IMG/VR virus record: IMGVR_UViG_3300020596_000022
Length of the DNA stretch: 64,000 bases
Strand: one strand, 5' to 3'
Source: an uncultured virus (IMG/VR IMGVR_UViG_3300020596_000022)
Taxonomy: Duplodnaviria > Heunggongvirae > Uroviricota > Caudoviricetes
Under the pieces are notes generated by a model that saw nothing but the letters and a program-made list of their open reading frames with translations, was not told the DNA's origin and did not search any database. Shown one piece after another: positions 45,808-56,118 of this stretch. The position numbers were made by a program, and so were the translations under genes. The number at the start of each line of letters is the position of its first letter. Positions within the stretch are counted from its first letter, which is position 1.

Positions 45808-46508
45808 TCTGTAACCTCTACTACAAGTTTGTTTTCTGGATGATAGTCAAATACTATAGGTTTATTTATAGGTCTATATCTCAGAGTACAAATAGAAGCA
45901 TTTACAAAAGTTGTATCATCTACTACTTTAACTCCATATGCTTCGTGTATATGTCCAAACAAATGTATCTTTGGTTTAACTTCTAAAATCTTTGGCATTA
46001 ACATTTCACAACCAACATTTAATCTATCGTATTCTGTCCAATCAAGAATACCATATGGAGGTCCGTGAGTGATGAGGACATCCGTGTCCAATGGGATCTT
46101 ATCCCACACTCTTTTAATATCAGGGCCGCGATTCACATTGAAGGCCCAATTACAAAATTCAGGCTGATATGGAGAACCATAAAACTTAACACCATCAATG
46201 ACGATTTCAGAATCCTCAAGATATGTAATTTTCTTTTTCTTAGAAGATTTTAATACACCATTCTTTTTATCAATTATATCTTTTACTGCTTTAGGATCAT
46301 TTTCAAAAAGTCTATCGTGATTACCAGCAATGAAAATTTTATGCTTATGGGGTAAAGCACCGAACCAATCCAAGAAATAGAAAATATCACTAGCATCATA
46401 ACCCGAATTCATAACATCACCAGCATGAAGGAGAACATCTCCTTCTGGGATATCAGCAGTCATGTTATCTTGAAGCGTGTGTGTATCGCTTATACAAACT
46501 ATTCTCAT
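45804..46508 (-). CDS. metallophosphoesterase
   Basis: SDTH, HAGD, GNHD, THGPP, FGHIHE. Confidence 0.9.
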   Translation of the reverse strand: MRIVCISDTHTLQDNMTADIPEGDVLLHAGDVMNSGYDASDIFYFLDWFGALPHKHKIFIAGNHDRLFENDPKAVKDIIDKKNGVLKSSKKKKITYLEDSEIVIDGVKFYGSPYQPEFCNWAFNVNRGPDIKRVWDKIPLDTDVLITHGPPYGILDWTEYDRLNVGCEMLMPKILEVKPKIHLFGHIHEAYGVKVVDDTTFVNASICTLRYRPINKPIVFDYHPENKLVVEVTE

Positions 46509-46544
46509 ACTATAAGTATATCACAATAGATATAAAGCTGTCAA

Positions 46545-47078
46545 TTATATTCCTGTAGATCCAAACCCACCATTTCGGTTAGTCTTTGGAAGCGGAGCGT
46601 CATTTAGTTCAGTGATTATAAGAGGTTCCACTTTTACCAATTCACCTTGGCAAACTCTATCACCATGATTTACTGTAAAATGTTTATCTGAAGTGTTTAT
46701 TAGTAACACGAAAACTGGATCAACATAATCAGCATCAATAACGCCTTCAGCATTAGCAAGTGTAATACCATTCTTTAATGCTAAACCAGAACGCGGATGT
46801 AGTCTAACTGAATACCCAACAGGTATATCAAAAATAAGTCCAGTAGGAACTAGAACTCTATCTCCAGGAAGAAGATCAATCTTTCTTTCTGGCCCAACTG
46901 TAGTTGTAATTTCTAAATTGTCTATACCATTTCTTTTCTTAATAACTTGTGATGGAGAAATACAAGCACGTAGATCAAAACAAGCAGAAGACTCTGTAGC
47001 AAACTCAGGAAGTTTTGCTTCTAAATCTTGTTTGAAAATTCCTAGTTGTGGTAGTCCCGCAATAACTAATTCACTCAT
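46545..47078 (-). CDS. dut: dUTPase
   Basis: ACFDL, PTG, PRSGLA, GVID.DY, R..Q, RNGGFGSTG. Confidence 0.95.
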   Translation of the reverse strand: MSELVIAGLPQLGIFKQDLEAKLPEFATESSACFDLRACISPSQVIKKRNGIDNLEITTTVGPERKIDLLPGDRVLVPTGLIFDIPVGYSVRLHPRSGLALKNGITLANAEGVIDADYVDPVFVLLINTSDKHFTVNHGDRVCQGELVKVEPLIITELNDAPLPKTNRNGGFGSTGI

Positions 47079-47080
47079 AA

Positions 47081-47542
47081 TTATTCCTTTGGTTCATGCT
47101 GTTTGATTTTAACTGTTGGAGATGAAACTTGGTTTACTGTTTTCTTACTTGAACCTATATTATACTTCGCTTCAAGTTTCCAATCTCTCTTTTCTTTGAA
47201 TGGAAGAATCTTTATTGTAGCAATAGAAGCAACTGGGGCCGACGTTCTAACCTTATCTACTAAATCAACTAAACCCCATTCAGCTATAATATTAGCAATT
47301 GTGTTACGTCTTGCAAGATCTTCTTCTGTTATGTTAGTAGGTTTACCATCAAGCTTAAATAGCTCTTTAAAATGAACGATATAGTATTTACCTTTCTTAT
47401 GTAAGATGTGGCAAGATTGATATAGAATTTTATCGTGCTTTGAAGCTACGCCAATGCGAGTAAGAGTTTCCTTGACTTTTAGAAAGTCATCTGGCTTCTT
47501 CAAAAGAACTTCAATCAGATCTACAGTTAATTCAGTATTCAT
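47081..47542 (-). CDS. regA: translational repressor RegA
   Basis: DDFLKV.ETLTRIG, LYQSCHILHK.G.YYIVHFKE. Confidence 0.95.
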   Translation of the reverse strand: MNTELTVDLIEVLLKKPDDFLKVKETLTRIGVASKHDKILYQSCHILHKKGKYYIVHFKELFKLDGKPTNITEEDLARRNTIANIIAEWGLVDLVDKVRTSAPVASIATIKILPFKEKRDWKLEAKYNIGSSKKTVNQVSSPTVKIKQHEPKE

Positions 47543-47580
47543 TTTAATGCCTTCATATGACAAATATCAACTAGTCATAT

Positions 47581-47766
47581 TTAGCGAAAGACATTCTTAA
47601 TTCTTTCCCATCTACTTTTCTCTGGCTGGAGGTTTCTTTGGATTGCTCGTAGAAGTGTGGCACAATCTTTCATGTTTTGATTGTTATCTTGGATAGCTAG
47701 AAGAACTTCTTGAACCAAATCCAGAAGTTGTTCAGGACTTGGTTTTTTTTCTTCTCGTCTTAACAT
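47581..47766 (-). CDS. hypothetical protein
   Basis: 61-aa ORF between gp62 and regA. Confidence 0.5.
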   Translation of the reverse strand: MLRREEKKPSPEQLLDLVQEVLLAIQDNNQNMKDCATLLRAIQRNLQPEKSRWERIKNVFR

Positions 47767-48205
47767 CAGTGCCGCCTTGATTAAGTTTCTTTCCTATCTC
47801 TAATAGTTCCTCTAGTGTATGTAACTTAAAATAATCTCTTGCTTTAGTAATACTACATTGATAATAATTGGAAAGCATTATAACATCTTCATGATCTTTA
47901 TCTGCTTTCTTATATTCAAACCTTCTATACATTGGACGAATAGCATCTAATAGATATTGATAATGTAATTCCGGAGCAAGTGACGGCCGCATGTTCATTT
48001 CTTGAGCATACAACACCGTACCTTGAAGCATTGATAGATACCTATTAATCATATATGATGAATATGATTTTTTAGTTTCATCATTATAGATGTTTTGTTT
48101 TTTCTGAGAAATATCAGAAAGAAAATCCCAAAAGAAATTTGGAGCTTTAGGTTTCTCTACCTCTTTCTCTTTTCTTGGTTGTACTATTTCAAAATCTTCG
48201 CTCAT
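47732..48205 (-). CDS. 62: clamp loader small subunit
   Basis: Y..YMINR.LS......A.EMN, YY..S..KA; synteny 45-44-62-regA. Confidence 0.85.
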   Translation of the reverse strand: MSEDFEIVQPRKEKEVEKPKAPNFFWDFLSDISQKKQNIYNDETKKSYSSYMINRYLSMLQGTVLYAQEMNMRPSLAPELHYQYLLDAIRPMYRRFEYKKADKDHEDVIMLSNYYQCSITKARDYFKLHTLEELLEIGKKLNQGGTDVKTRRKKTKS

Positions 48206-49149
48206 ACAAATTCACAGTTTACCATAATCTCAATAAGACAAGCTAACAAGTTAATCTCAGGGTCAGCAACAAATGCGGATTTATATTGATAGTCTGCTAT
48301 AAAAATAATTGCTTGAGGTACTGAAGTTGGTTTAAGATTATCTTTCAAACCATCGTAGATCTTTCTATACAGTCTTGGAGGATCATTATCTATATTCTCA
48401 ACAACCCATTCACGAACCTCATTAAACTTTTTATCTTTAAGAGCTTTGTATAGTTTGTTTGTGTTTAGTTCAGCAGCAAAAGATAGTACACCCTCATTGA
48501 TTTCTCCATTCGCTTTACTGAATGACTGAAGTTCATTTAATGTTCTTCGGAAATCTGGATAATACTTAACAACAATGCTTGCTAATACCTTCGATTCAAA
48601 TTTAACTTCCTCAACTTCAAGTATCTGCACGATGCGTTTATACATCTGTGCAATAAGTTCTTGCTTCTCTTCTTTACCAATTCTAAAATCTTTTGTAGAA
48701 CATCTGGAATGAATTGGATCAATTAATTTGTTTTTGAAATTACAAGTAAGAATGAAAGAACAGTTCTTTGAAAACTCTTCCATCGAAGCACGTAAAGCTA
48801 ATTGAGCTTCAGGCGTTAGGTTATCGGCTTCATCTAAGATGATGACCTTGCGCTTACCCTCGAACGATAAGGTCGGAGCGTAGTCTGCTATACGTACTCT
48901 CACTTCTTCAATACCACGCTCTCTTGAAGCGTTAATGAAGAGGTAATCTAAGTCTAGCTCATTACATATTGCTTTTGCTATAGTGGTCTTACCTGAACCG
49001 GCACCACCAACCAATAGAAGGTTAGGAACCTTACCATCGTTTACAATACCCTGAAAGGTATTCTTTAATGCTTTAGTTAAAATACAATCTGCTACTTTAA
49101 GCGGGCGATACTTCTCTACCCACAAAACGTGTTCATCACGTCTTTCCAT
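48202..49149 (-). CDS. 44: clamp loader ATPase subunit
   Basis: WVEKYRP, G.AGSGKTT, IILDEAD, SRC. Confidence 0.95.
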   Translation of the reverse strand: MERRDEHVLWVEKYRPLKVADCILTKALKNTFQGIVNDGKVPNLLLVGGAGSGKTTIAKAICNELDLDYLFINASRERGIEEVRVRIADYAPTLSFEGKRKVIILDEADNLTPEAQLALRASMEEFSKNCSFILTCNFKNKLIDPIHSRCSTKDFRIGKEEKQELIAQMYKRIVQILEVEEVKFESKVLASIVVKYYPDFRRTLNELQSFSKANGEINEGVLSFAAELNTNKLYKALKDKKFNEVREWVVENIDNDPPRLYRKIYDGLKDNLKPTSVPQAIIFIADYQYKSAFVADPEINLLACLIEIMVNCEFV

Positions 49150-49180
49150 AATCACACCCACATTATAAAATAAACAGAAA

Positions 49181-49441
49181 CTATTGTTGCTGTTCTAATC
49201 TCTTCTTAGTATCTAAATCAAGTTCACCAATTATTCTGTTTGCTTCTGCGGCAGCTTTATCAACATCACCATCACTCTTGGCGAGTATCGCAGAAAACAA
49301 AATAGACTTAGTTAGTAAGTAGAGATTATATTTTACAAGATGTCCAAGAGTTAAAGATTCTTTCACTATATCTAGTGGTGGAGTTTCTGGAACTTCTGGT
49401 TTATTCACTTTAACATTTTTCTTTATTGCCATTTGTTTCAC
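49181..49441 (-). CDS. hypothetical protein
   Basis: ORF in operon. Confidence 0.55.
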   Translation of the reverse strand: MKQMAIKKNVKVNKPEVPETPPLDIVKESLTLGHLVKYNLYLLTKSILFSAILAKSDGDVDKAAAEANRIIGELDLDTKKRLEQQQ

Positions 49442-49613
49442 CTATTTTATTCTTCATTGTATCTATTTCTTCAGCTAACTTCTCAAAGTTTCTTGCTTCT
49501 TTTCTAAGTCTAGCTTTCTCTTTCTTATCGTGACATTTAATAGCTTGAGAATATAATACTTGAGCTTTACCTATTAAATCCAATGAGTGCTTCTCAAGAT
49601 CATCTTCTGTCAT
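49410..49613 (-). CDS. hypothetical protein
   Basis: ORF in operon. Confidence 0.55.
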   Translation of the reverse strand: MTEDDLEKHSLDLIGKAQVLYSQAIKCHDKKEKARLRKEARNFEKLAEEIDTMKNKIGETNGNKEKC

Positions 49614-49616
49614 AGA

Positions 49617-50282
49617 CTATTCAGCCTGATAAGCGATCCAGTATTCAACAGGTGTAGTAGTGTGCTTGAAGTAAGCAAGTTTAGGATGACAAATGAATTC
49701 GTAGTCACCATCAAGAACCTTAAAATGATTGCACCGCATTGTAACTTCAAAGTCTTGAGTAACCTCACCTGCAATTTCCACTCGGAAACTATCCGAAGCA
49801 CTATTCTCACTATCTTGAGCAGTGAAAGTAATCTTATCTTTCTTTCCAACAATAGTAATATCTGGAAGAGATAGAATTGCGGCAGCTTGTTTAAGACTCT
49901 TTAGATCTTCTTTACCAAAAGAAGCTTTAGCAATTGCACCACTGATTGCTTCAGTGCGATACTTTGCAGCTTTATCTCCTGGGTCAAGCACTAGACTAGG
50001 TTCAGCATAGAAATAATTAACAGAACGATTGTTTGTACTGATAAGAATTTTATCAGCTTGAAAATCAAACTCAGGATTCTCAAATAGAGAAGTGATTGAT
50101 AATAGCTTATTCAAATCAAATACTGTTACGTTCTTTGGTAGTGTCTCTTTAATTGAAGCTTCGGCTATAACAAACTTCTGAGGATGCCATGTTGCTAATG
50201 ATTCACCCTTCTTAAAATGAAGGCCAGTATTAATCTCAGAAAAGTTTTTTAGAATTGTAAGTGTGTCGGAAGAAAATTTCAT
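49617..50282 (-). CDS. 45: sliding clamp
   Basis: MKFS..T..ILKNFS.IN, DL..L, AA..L.LPD, YWIA. Confidence 0.92.
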   Translation of the reverse strand: MKFSSDTLTILKNFSEINTGLHFKKGESLATWHPQKFVIAEASIKETLPKNVTVFDLNKLLSITSLFENPEFDFQADKILISTNNRSVNYFYAEPSLVLDPGDKAAKYRTEAISGAIAKASFGKEDLKSLKQAAAILSLPDITIVGKKDKITFTAQDSENSASDSFRVEIAGEVTQDFEVTMRCNHFKVLDGDYEFICHPKLAYFKHTTTPVEYWIAYQAE

Positions 50283-50313
50283 GTGGTTATATTCCTCATA
50301 ATAAAATGAAAGT

Positions 50314-50342
50314 TTCCCAAGATGGGTTTAGCATCTTGGGAA
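50314..50342 (-). terminator. hairpin terminator
   Basis: TTCCCAAGATG-N7-CATCTTGGGAA. Confidence 0.65.
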
Positions 50343-50353
50343 TACGGTTTAGT

Positions 50354-50587
50354 TTACTCAATAGGTGTACGGAAATCAAGACGGTATGCTGTTACCTTCT
50401 TACCACGAAGCGATCCAGTCTTTACCTTAACCTTATTAGTGTAGATGTTGAAACCAGCTTCACGAAACTCATGAATACGGGCAGCAAGACGCTGAACCCC
50501 AAGACGACTACGAGCTTCACTCACTGTAAGGTTATCGCCTGTGTTCAAGCGGGCCTTCAACTTTTCAATTTGCGTTTTCTTTGACAT
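50354..50587 (-). CDS. winged helix-turn-helix protein
   Basis: G..LT..EA....G..RLAARI.E.R..G..I. Confidence 0.75.
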   Translation of the reverse strand: MSKKTQIEKLKARLNTGDNLTVSEARSRLGVQRLAARIHEFREAGFNIYTNKVKVKTGSLRGKKVTAYRLDFRTPIE

Positions 50588-50686
50588 ATGTTTCCTTATC
50601 AATTATTATAATAAAAAGAGTAGTTCATCTACTCTTCATTTCTTTATACATCATAACATAACTTATAATTCTATACAAGACTTTTT

Positions 50687-50723
50687 AAAAGAAAAAGCCC
50701 CGATGAAAGATTCCATCGGGGCC
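50687..50723 (-). terminator. intrinsic terminator
   Basis: GCCCCGATG-GAATCTTT-CATCGGGGC-TTTTTCTTTT. Confidence 0.85.
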
Positions 50724-50756
50724 GAGGTGTTGTTATGACGGAACTCTGGATGGTTC

Positions 50757-51746
50757 TTACGAACCACCTAGAATTTTCGTAATATCGTTTTGTTTGGCAG
50801 CGGCAGCAGCTTCAAGTTCATCCATATCTATTGAACGAAGCGACTCTGGAACTACTGTAGGATCAAACTTCTCATACATTTGGATGAATGAGTGTTTAGT
50901 AGTTTCATCAAACCGAGCAATACAAACTTCAATAGACTTTCTACGGTCTTTTAGAATAGCATAAGCATTAGCTATGTGAACCAAGCGGCGAGTAGTAATC
51001 AAATCTGCGGATGCTTCCGCTTCAAAAGACTTTCTAGTTCCAACGGCCCAGCTAATCAGCTTATTAACAAAATCTTTAGCATCATCTTTTTCAATATCAT
51101 GCTTATCAAAGATCTTTTTCAATATCTGTGTTTCAGTTTTTTCGTTAGGGTAACTCTGTTCAAAAGTAGCTGGAAATCTTTCCAGAAAAGCTTCATTCAG
51201 AATATTAGTACCTACGAATTTTCCAGTTTCAGATCCTTGACCTTTAGTATTAGCAGTAGCAATGATATTAAATCCAGGAGCGGGTTTAACAAACTGATTA
51301 ATTTTCTTAAGTAGAATACCTTTACCCTCAAGTACAGGTTGAAGACACATCAATTTATTTCCACCTAGATCTACTTCATCAAGTAAAACTACGGCACCAG
51401 TTTTCATAGCACGAACAATCGGACCATCAAACCACTTTGTGGAATCATTAACGAGTCGGAAACCTCCAAGAAGATCATCTTCATCAGTTTCAATTGTAAT
51501 GTTTACGCGAATCATTTCACGTTTATGTTCAGCACATGCTTGCTCTACGGAAAATGTTTTACCGTTACCAGATAAACCAGTAATGAATAATGGGTAAAAT
51601 AATTTTGATGCTATAATAGTAGCAAGATCATCGTAGGGTCCAAACTTCACAAAGAGTGGATCTTTATCTGGGATTAAATTTTCTTTATGTTCAGCGGCAG
51701 AAGTTATATTCTGTACCAAACTATCTGGATTTTTCTTACTTGTCAT
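50757..51746 (-). CDS. MoxR/CobS-like AAA+ ATPase
   Basis: GLSGNGKT, TDEDDL.GG, LLDEVD, TANTKG.G, NEAFLERF. Confidence 0.9.
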   Translation of the reverse strand: MTSKKNPDSLVQNITSAAEHKENLIPDKDPLFVKFGPYDDLATIIASKLFYPLFITGLSGNGKTFSVEQACAEHKREMIRVNITIETDEDDLLGGFRLVNDSTKWFDGPIVRAMKTGAVVLLDEVDLGGNKLMCLQPVLEGKGILLKKINQFVKPAPGFNIIATANTKGQGSETGKFVGTNILNEAFLERFPATFEQSYPNEKTETQILKKIFDKHDIEKDDAKDFVNKLISWAVGTRKSFEAEASADLITTRRLVHIANAYAILKDRRKSIEVCIARFDETTKHSFIQMYEKFDPTVVPESLRSIDMDELEAAAAAKQNDITKILGGS

Positions 51747-51791
51747 AACAATTATTTCACCTCTAAAATAACAACTTTATCTTATAATACT

Positions 51792-51855
51792 ATTATACCA
51801 CGTTCCATACCTATCTGTCAAGCACTTATTCCACCTTAATGGAATCAGCTACTTA
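51792..51855 (-). promoter_or_regulatory. strong sigma70-type promoter with upstream IHF-like site
   Basis: TTGACA-18-TATAAT with TG; AATCAG-CTAC-TTA at 51843-51855. Confidence 0.65.
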
Positions 51856-54144
51856 CGCTATGTGGTCTATGAACCTACCTAGCAGGATTCTGGAATTCTT
51901 CTTCTTCGATAATGCTTTAACAAACTGATTATGAATAGCACTCTTAGCAGTAGTATCACTGAATTCAATATCTTCACTAGAGGTTAAAAGATCTTGACCT
52001 GCTGGAATTATATAGTAGCTATCGTAACCATCTTTTTTAACTTCAGCAAATTGCTTATCATCAAATTGATTTTTAGCACGTTCAATAGTTTCTTGTGTCT
52101 CACCATAATTCATGGATGCGATCTGATACTTTGCGCTATTCTTATCACATACAAAGAACCCGATCATTTTAGCACCAGTGATATCTTTATACATCTCAAT
52201 AAGATTAGCAGTAAAATCCCTAGCTCTGGAACCATTGCTACGATTCTTAACATTAGTCAAATCCCAAGTTCTTGATGAATTCTTATATCTGCAATAAATT
52301 TTCTTAGTATCACGATTAGCACGATTAGCACAAACTTCACTTAGTTTACCATTAGAATCATTATTGAAATAATTGATTCCGGAAGTACCATCACCATCAG
52401 TTATGACAACCGTATGAATGATATCCAAATTATGTTTAGCTTTCAACTTAGGAACAATCTGCATTGCACTAATGATAGCTTCATTTAATGGTGTACCACC
52501 AAGCGATTCACAATTAGGTAAACCAAAATAAGGGTAATCATCTTTACGTTTAACATAATGTGACATAACACACATTAAACATTCAAGCATATCATTATAT
52601 TCGTGTAATGTCATTCTACTTGAAAGATAATTTCTTAGACTGAAAGAACCATTTAAGAAAACATTTCCAGTTTTCTTAGTGCCGATTGGGCCGATTGGAT
52701 CATAGTTGTAGCTATATGATTGACCACGGCTTGCACCAACATCAGTAAAACCATAAACATCAAATGGAATATTTACTTTGCGACAAAACATTGCGATGTT
52801 AATCATCTGTGCATAAGTTCCAGCCATATGTGGAACCATTGAACCCGACATATCAATGAATACTACCAAACCGTGATTTTTTCCATTAGGTGTATTAGTG
52901 ACCTTGCGGAAAATATCTTCATTGTATCTGTAACCGTGGACCTTATTAGTATCAAGGATTCCAGTCTTAGAGATTAATACCCTTGCATCTGAACTAGCTT
53001 TCTTCTTCATTTCAAAGAGGTTTACTAGTTGATTAACAACGTGTTTATTATTAGCTTTGAATTGACTCAAATACTCTTGAGCTTTAGCAGAATAGATATC
53101 ATTACGATTATAGTATTCTCTCAATTGCTTAAGAACTACTTTATAATCAATTATGATTTTATTCAAATCGAATTCTGGAATATTGATAGTATCAACTTGA
53201 CTCGTTAAGTCTACGTATTGAGCTAATTTTTTATCAAAATTATCTTGAGTAACTGAGATAACTATTGGATTCGGTTTACCCTGTTCATTACCAGTTCCAG
53301 ATTTTTCACTCTTAGAATTTTCTTCTGATTTTTCTTTACCATCAGCAGATTGTTGATCACCAGATTTTGGAGCACTAGGATCTGGATGTGTGATAGTAAC
53401 TTTTTGACCTTGACCAGAACCATCCGAAGGATTTTGTTCTTTCAATTGCTTTTCAATTGCATCTGCAAGTTCTTTGCTATCAGCATTGATAGTAATATCA
53501 CCTTGAGTAGTTTCTTGTTCTTCCAAACTTTCACCTTTCTTTTCAGCTTCTTCTTCAGCATACTTCAAAAGACGTTTTGAAATTTCTAATACTTGTGGAA
53601 AAGTTTTTGCGTTATCAATTTCAGACAACCAAGATTTTTCCTCTTCAGCAAATGGAACATTTACATAACCATAATGTCCAAGCTTGTAATGTAGATTGAT
53701 ACGATCAAGAATACCGTAATCTTTAATTTCTTTTTTAGATGTTTGAGTACCAAACAAATCTTGTTTTTCCAATTCATCGTAACCAGCTTTGAAAGAACGT
53801 ACAGTTCCAGGATACTTAGATTGAATCATCTTTTCAATTCTAACATCTTCAACAATGTTTACTACTTGTTTATAATTTTTGTTTTCAGTTTCTTTAACTG
53901 CTTTCATCCACTCAGCTTGCGGAGTGTATAATGCATGACCTACTTCGTGGGAAATTAGTAGTGTATAGACATCTTCAGAAATATCTTTCCAGAGAGGAAT
54001 TAAAAGCTTGCGATTAACAAGATCAAAAGCGGCTGTAGGAATTGGTGCATGTTCTACTATAATATTCTCAGTAGCCATGAGCTTTGCTAGTGCTTCTTTA
54101 ACTGCAATTCGTTTTCTATCTTGTACTGATTTAATATCATTCAT
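51853..54144 (-). CDS. metallopeptidase-vWA domain protein (CobT-like partner of the AAA ATPase)
   Basis: HEVGH; N.VED.RIE; DMSGSM MIDAS, GTPL, TDG. Confidence 0.85.
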   Translation of the reverse strand: MNDIKSVQDRKRIAVKEALAKLMATENIIVEHAPIPTAAFDLVNRKLLIPLWKDISEDVYTLLISHEVGHALYTPQAEWMKAVKETENKNYKQVVNIVEDVRIEKMIQSKYPGTVRSFKAGYDELEKQDLFGTQTSKKEIKDYGILDRINLHYKLGHYGYVNVPFAEEEKSWLSEIDNAKTFPQVLEISKRLLKYAEEEAEKKGESLEEQETTQGDITINADSKELADAIEKQLKEQNPSDGSGQGQKVTITHPDPSAPKSGDQQSADGKEKSEENSKSEKSGTGNEQGKPNPIVISVTQDNFDKKLAQYVDLTSQVDTINIPEFDLNKIIIDYKVVLKQLREYYNRNDIYSAKAQEYLSQFKANNKHVVNQLVNLFEMKKKASSDARVLISKTGILDTNKVHGYRYNEDIFRKVTNTPNGKNHGLVVFIDMSGSMVPHMAGTYAQMINIAMFCRKVNIPFDVYGFTDVGASRGQSYSYNYDPIGPIGTKKTGNVFLNGSFSLRNYLSSRMTLHEYNDMLECLMCVMSHYVKRKDDYPYFGLPNCESLGGTPLNEAIISAMQIVPKLKAKHNLDIIHTVVITDGDGTSGINYFNNDSNGKLSEVCANRANRDTKKIYCRYKNSSRTWDLTNVKNRSNGSRARDFTANLIEMYKDITGAKMIGFFVCDKNSAKYQIASMNYGETQETIERAKNQFDDKQFAEVKKDGYDSYYIIPAGQDLLTSSEDIEFSDTTAKSAIHNQFVKALSKKKNSRILLGRFIDHIA

Positions 54145-54174
54145 AACTAATCACCTCTGATTGTCTATACTATA

Positions 54175-54248
54175 AGTATATCACAGATTGTGACCACCTG
54201 TCAACCCTATAATCCATTTTTATTTCAGTGAGTGATATCAGCTACTTA
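54175..54248 (-). promoter_or_regulatory. strong sigma70-type promoter with upstream IHF-like site
   Basis: TTGACA-18-TATACT with TG; TATCAG-CTAC-TTA at 54236-54248. Confidence 0.65.
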
Positions 54249-54465
54249 CGCTTGTATTTTATACACATGGTTACAATTAATGCGCTTACTATTGAATTAT
54301 ACAAAATCGTGAGTTTAACCGCAAGCTATCATAGTAAAACGTGGTAGGTATCACGTTTTACCGTGGAAAAAGGTGAAAAACGTTGTTAAAGCCTAACTGG
54401 AGACTCCAATTGAGGCACAGCACTTAAAGTAAGTAGCAATGCTCCAAGATATCCTAATAGTTCAA

Positions 54466-56118
54466 TCATATTTTTCTATAAACGAAAATCGGTTCATACT
54501 TAAACCATGCCGATCTTCCATTTTTACCTTTACCACCATCTCCAGCTTCTCTAAGCTTACAAAAATTCTTTGCCATTGGTGTACCTTCATCCGTATCAAT
54601 TCTATTACCGCCAGGCATCTGAGCTAATGCCATTTTCATAGTTTCAACATACTCAAAACCTAATGACTCTATAATTTTTCTTGAGTCACCTTCAAGCGGC
54701 AACATCTGGCCACCAAATTTAGCATCAGCAATATTCCAAAGTATATATCCTCCAGGCTTTAACCACTCGGCAGCAGTTTCTAAAGTAGGTTTTAGAAAAC
54801 CTTCTCGCCATGTATCATATGTATCAAACTTGATTGCGCTCTGTCCTGGATCTTCTGAATATACTTCCTTAGCAAAGTATGGTGGAGATGTAAACACCAA
54901 ATCAACTTTACCTTTATACTTTTGAAAACCTTCTTGATCTTTCATTACCTCTGAACCACACTGATAGATTTCATATGTGTTCATAAGTTTATCTTCGTCT
55001 AATATAACTCCAGCAAGTTTTTGATTATTATAAAAATCTGCTACCTCATGATACTTAGTTCTTCCATTATCAGTGTTGTGATCTGTGTTAGGGTCTGTAC
55101 CAATGTAATGTAAATGTTTTACTATCTCTGGCTTCACTGCCATAGCACCAAGAATACGGCCACCCCATCCAGCAGAAGGATCCCAAACGATTGCTTCTTC
55201 TTTACCCTTCAAATATTTTTCATATAAAAACTTTGCTGTTAGTGGTGGAAAGTTTACAGCATATTGACATACTGAAATTCTATAAGCTTTGATACCTAAA
55301 GGAAATATCTTTTGACCTAACTTGAATGGCCTAACCTGAAAGATATCTGTTTCAACATCATTCATTACAGTTTTACATTTATCAGGTATGAGCGAACCCA
55401 TATCATCAATTTGTTTTCTACTTAATCTGTGCCATTTAACTCTTGTTAAATCCCCACCATATCCAGAATATTCAGCATCATCTTTGACTGGTTGAATCCA
55501 GTAATCCCATTCACCAGTCTTTCTAAAGTCTTTTTCAAATCTTGTTATCCATTCGGTTGCATCTGAAGCAGCAAAAAGAAACATTGAAAGATATTCACTT
55601 ACTTGAGCTTTAGACCAAGAAGAATCAAACACCCTTAATGGATTAGAATAATGATAAAAGGAATCTCTCTTGAAATGTCTTCTACCATATGTAATCATCT
55701 TCTTTAATAGTTCAGGTCTTTTGAAGTGATCATAGATTGATAGACCACCTTTAACATCTGAAGTATAATTAATGCGAGTTGCCATCATGGTAGGAAACCA
55801 TTGATTGCAAGCATTACCTACGATACTAGTATTACGAATTACATTTTTATCATCAGTCAATTCATCTTTACATAGAAACTTTTCAACTTGAAAAGGAGAC
55901 ATCTGGCGAAACTGTTCTTTAATTTCCTTCTCAAGTAAACCAACGCGAGGAGGTTGACCCTGTTCATCCCAAATCTTGATAACTGTTTCACGCACGTCCT
56001 TCGTCCAGTTGGCAAACTGTTCATCAGACATCCACAAAACTTCTTCAAAAGTTTTATTTACGGGGCTTTCTAGGAACTCGTCCGCTCTTTCGTAAAACCA
56101 CTTTTTTCTTTTTGTCAT
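54466..56118 (-). CDS. large amino (N4-C/N6-A) DNA methyltransferase
   Basis: WDPSAGWGGR.LG (SAM binding), G.DPN, FTSPPYF..E.YS, L.PGG...WNI. Confidence 0.85.
   Translation of the reverse strand: MTKRKKWFYERADEFLESPVNKTFEEVLWMSDEQFANWTKDVRETVIKIWDEQGQPPRVGLLEKEIKEQFRQMSPFQVEKFLCKDELTDDKNVIRNTSIVGNACNQWFPTMMATRINYTSDVKGGLSIYDHFKRPELLKKMITYGRRHFKRDSFYHYSNPLRVFDSSWSKAQVSEYLSMFLFAASDATEWITRFEKDFRKTGEWDYWIQPVKDDAEYSGYGGDLTRVKWHRLSRKQIDDMGSLIPDKCKTVMNDVETDIFQVRPFKLGQKIFPLGIKAYRISVCQYAVNFPPLTAKFLYEKYLKGKEEAIVWDPSAGWGGRILGAMAVKPEIVKHLHYIGTDPNTDHNTDNGRTKYHEVADFYNNQKLAGVILDEDKLMNTYEIYQCGSEVMKDQEGFQKYKGKVDLVFTSPPYFAKEVYSEDPGQSAIKFDTYDTWREGFLKPTLETAAEWLKPGGYILWNIADAKFGGQMLPLEGDSRKIIESLGFEYVETMKMALAQMPGGNRIDTDEGTPMAKNFCKLREAGDGGKGKNGRSAWFKYEPIFVYRKI

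Noticed and set aside
50757..51746. Cobalamin-biosynthesis cobS auxiliary gene feeding the B12-dependent RNR
   Set aside because: Generic MoxR-type AAA+ motifs, a peptidase-vWA partner, and no cobN or other cob genes
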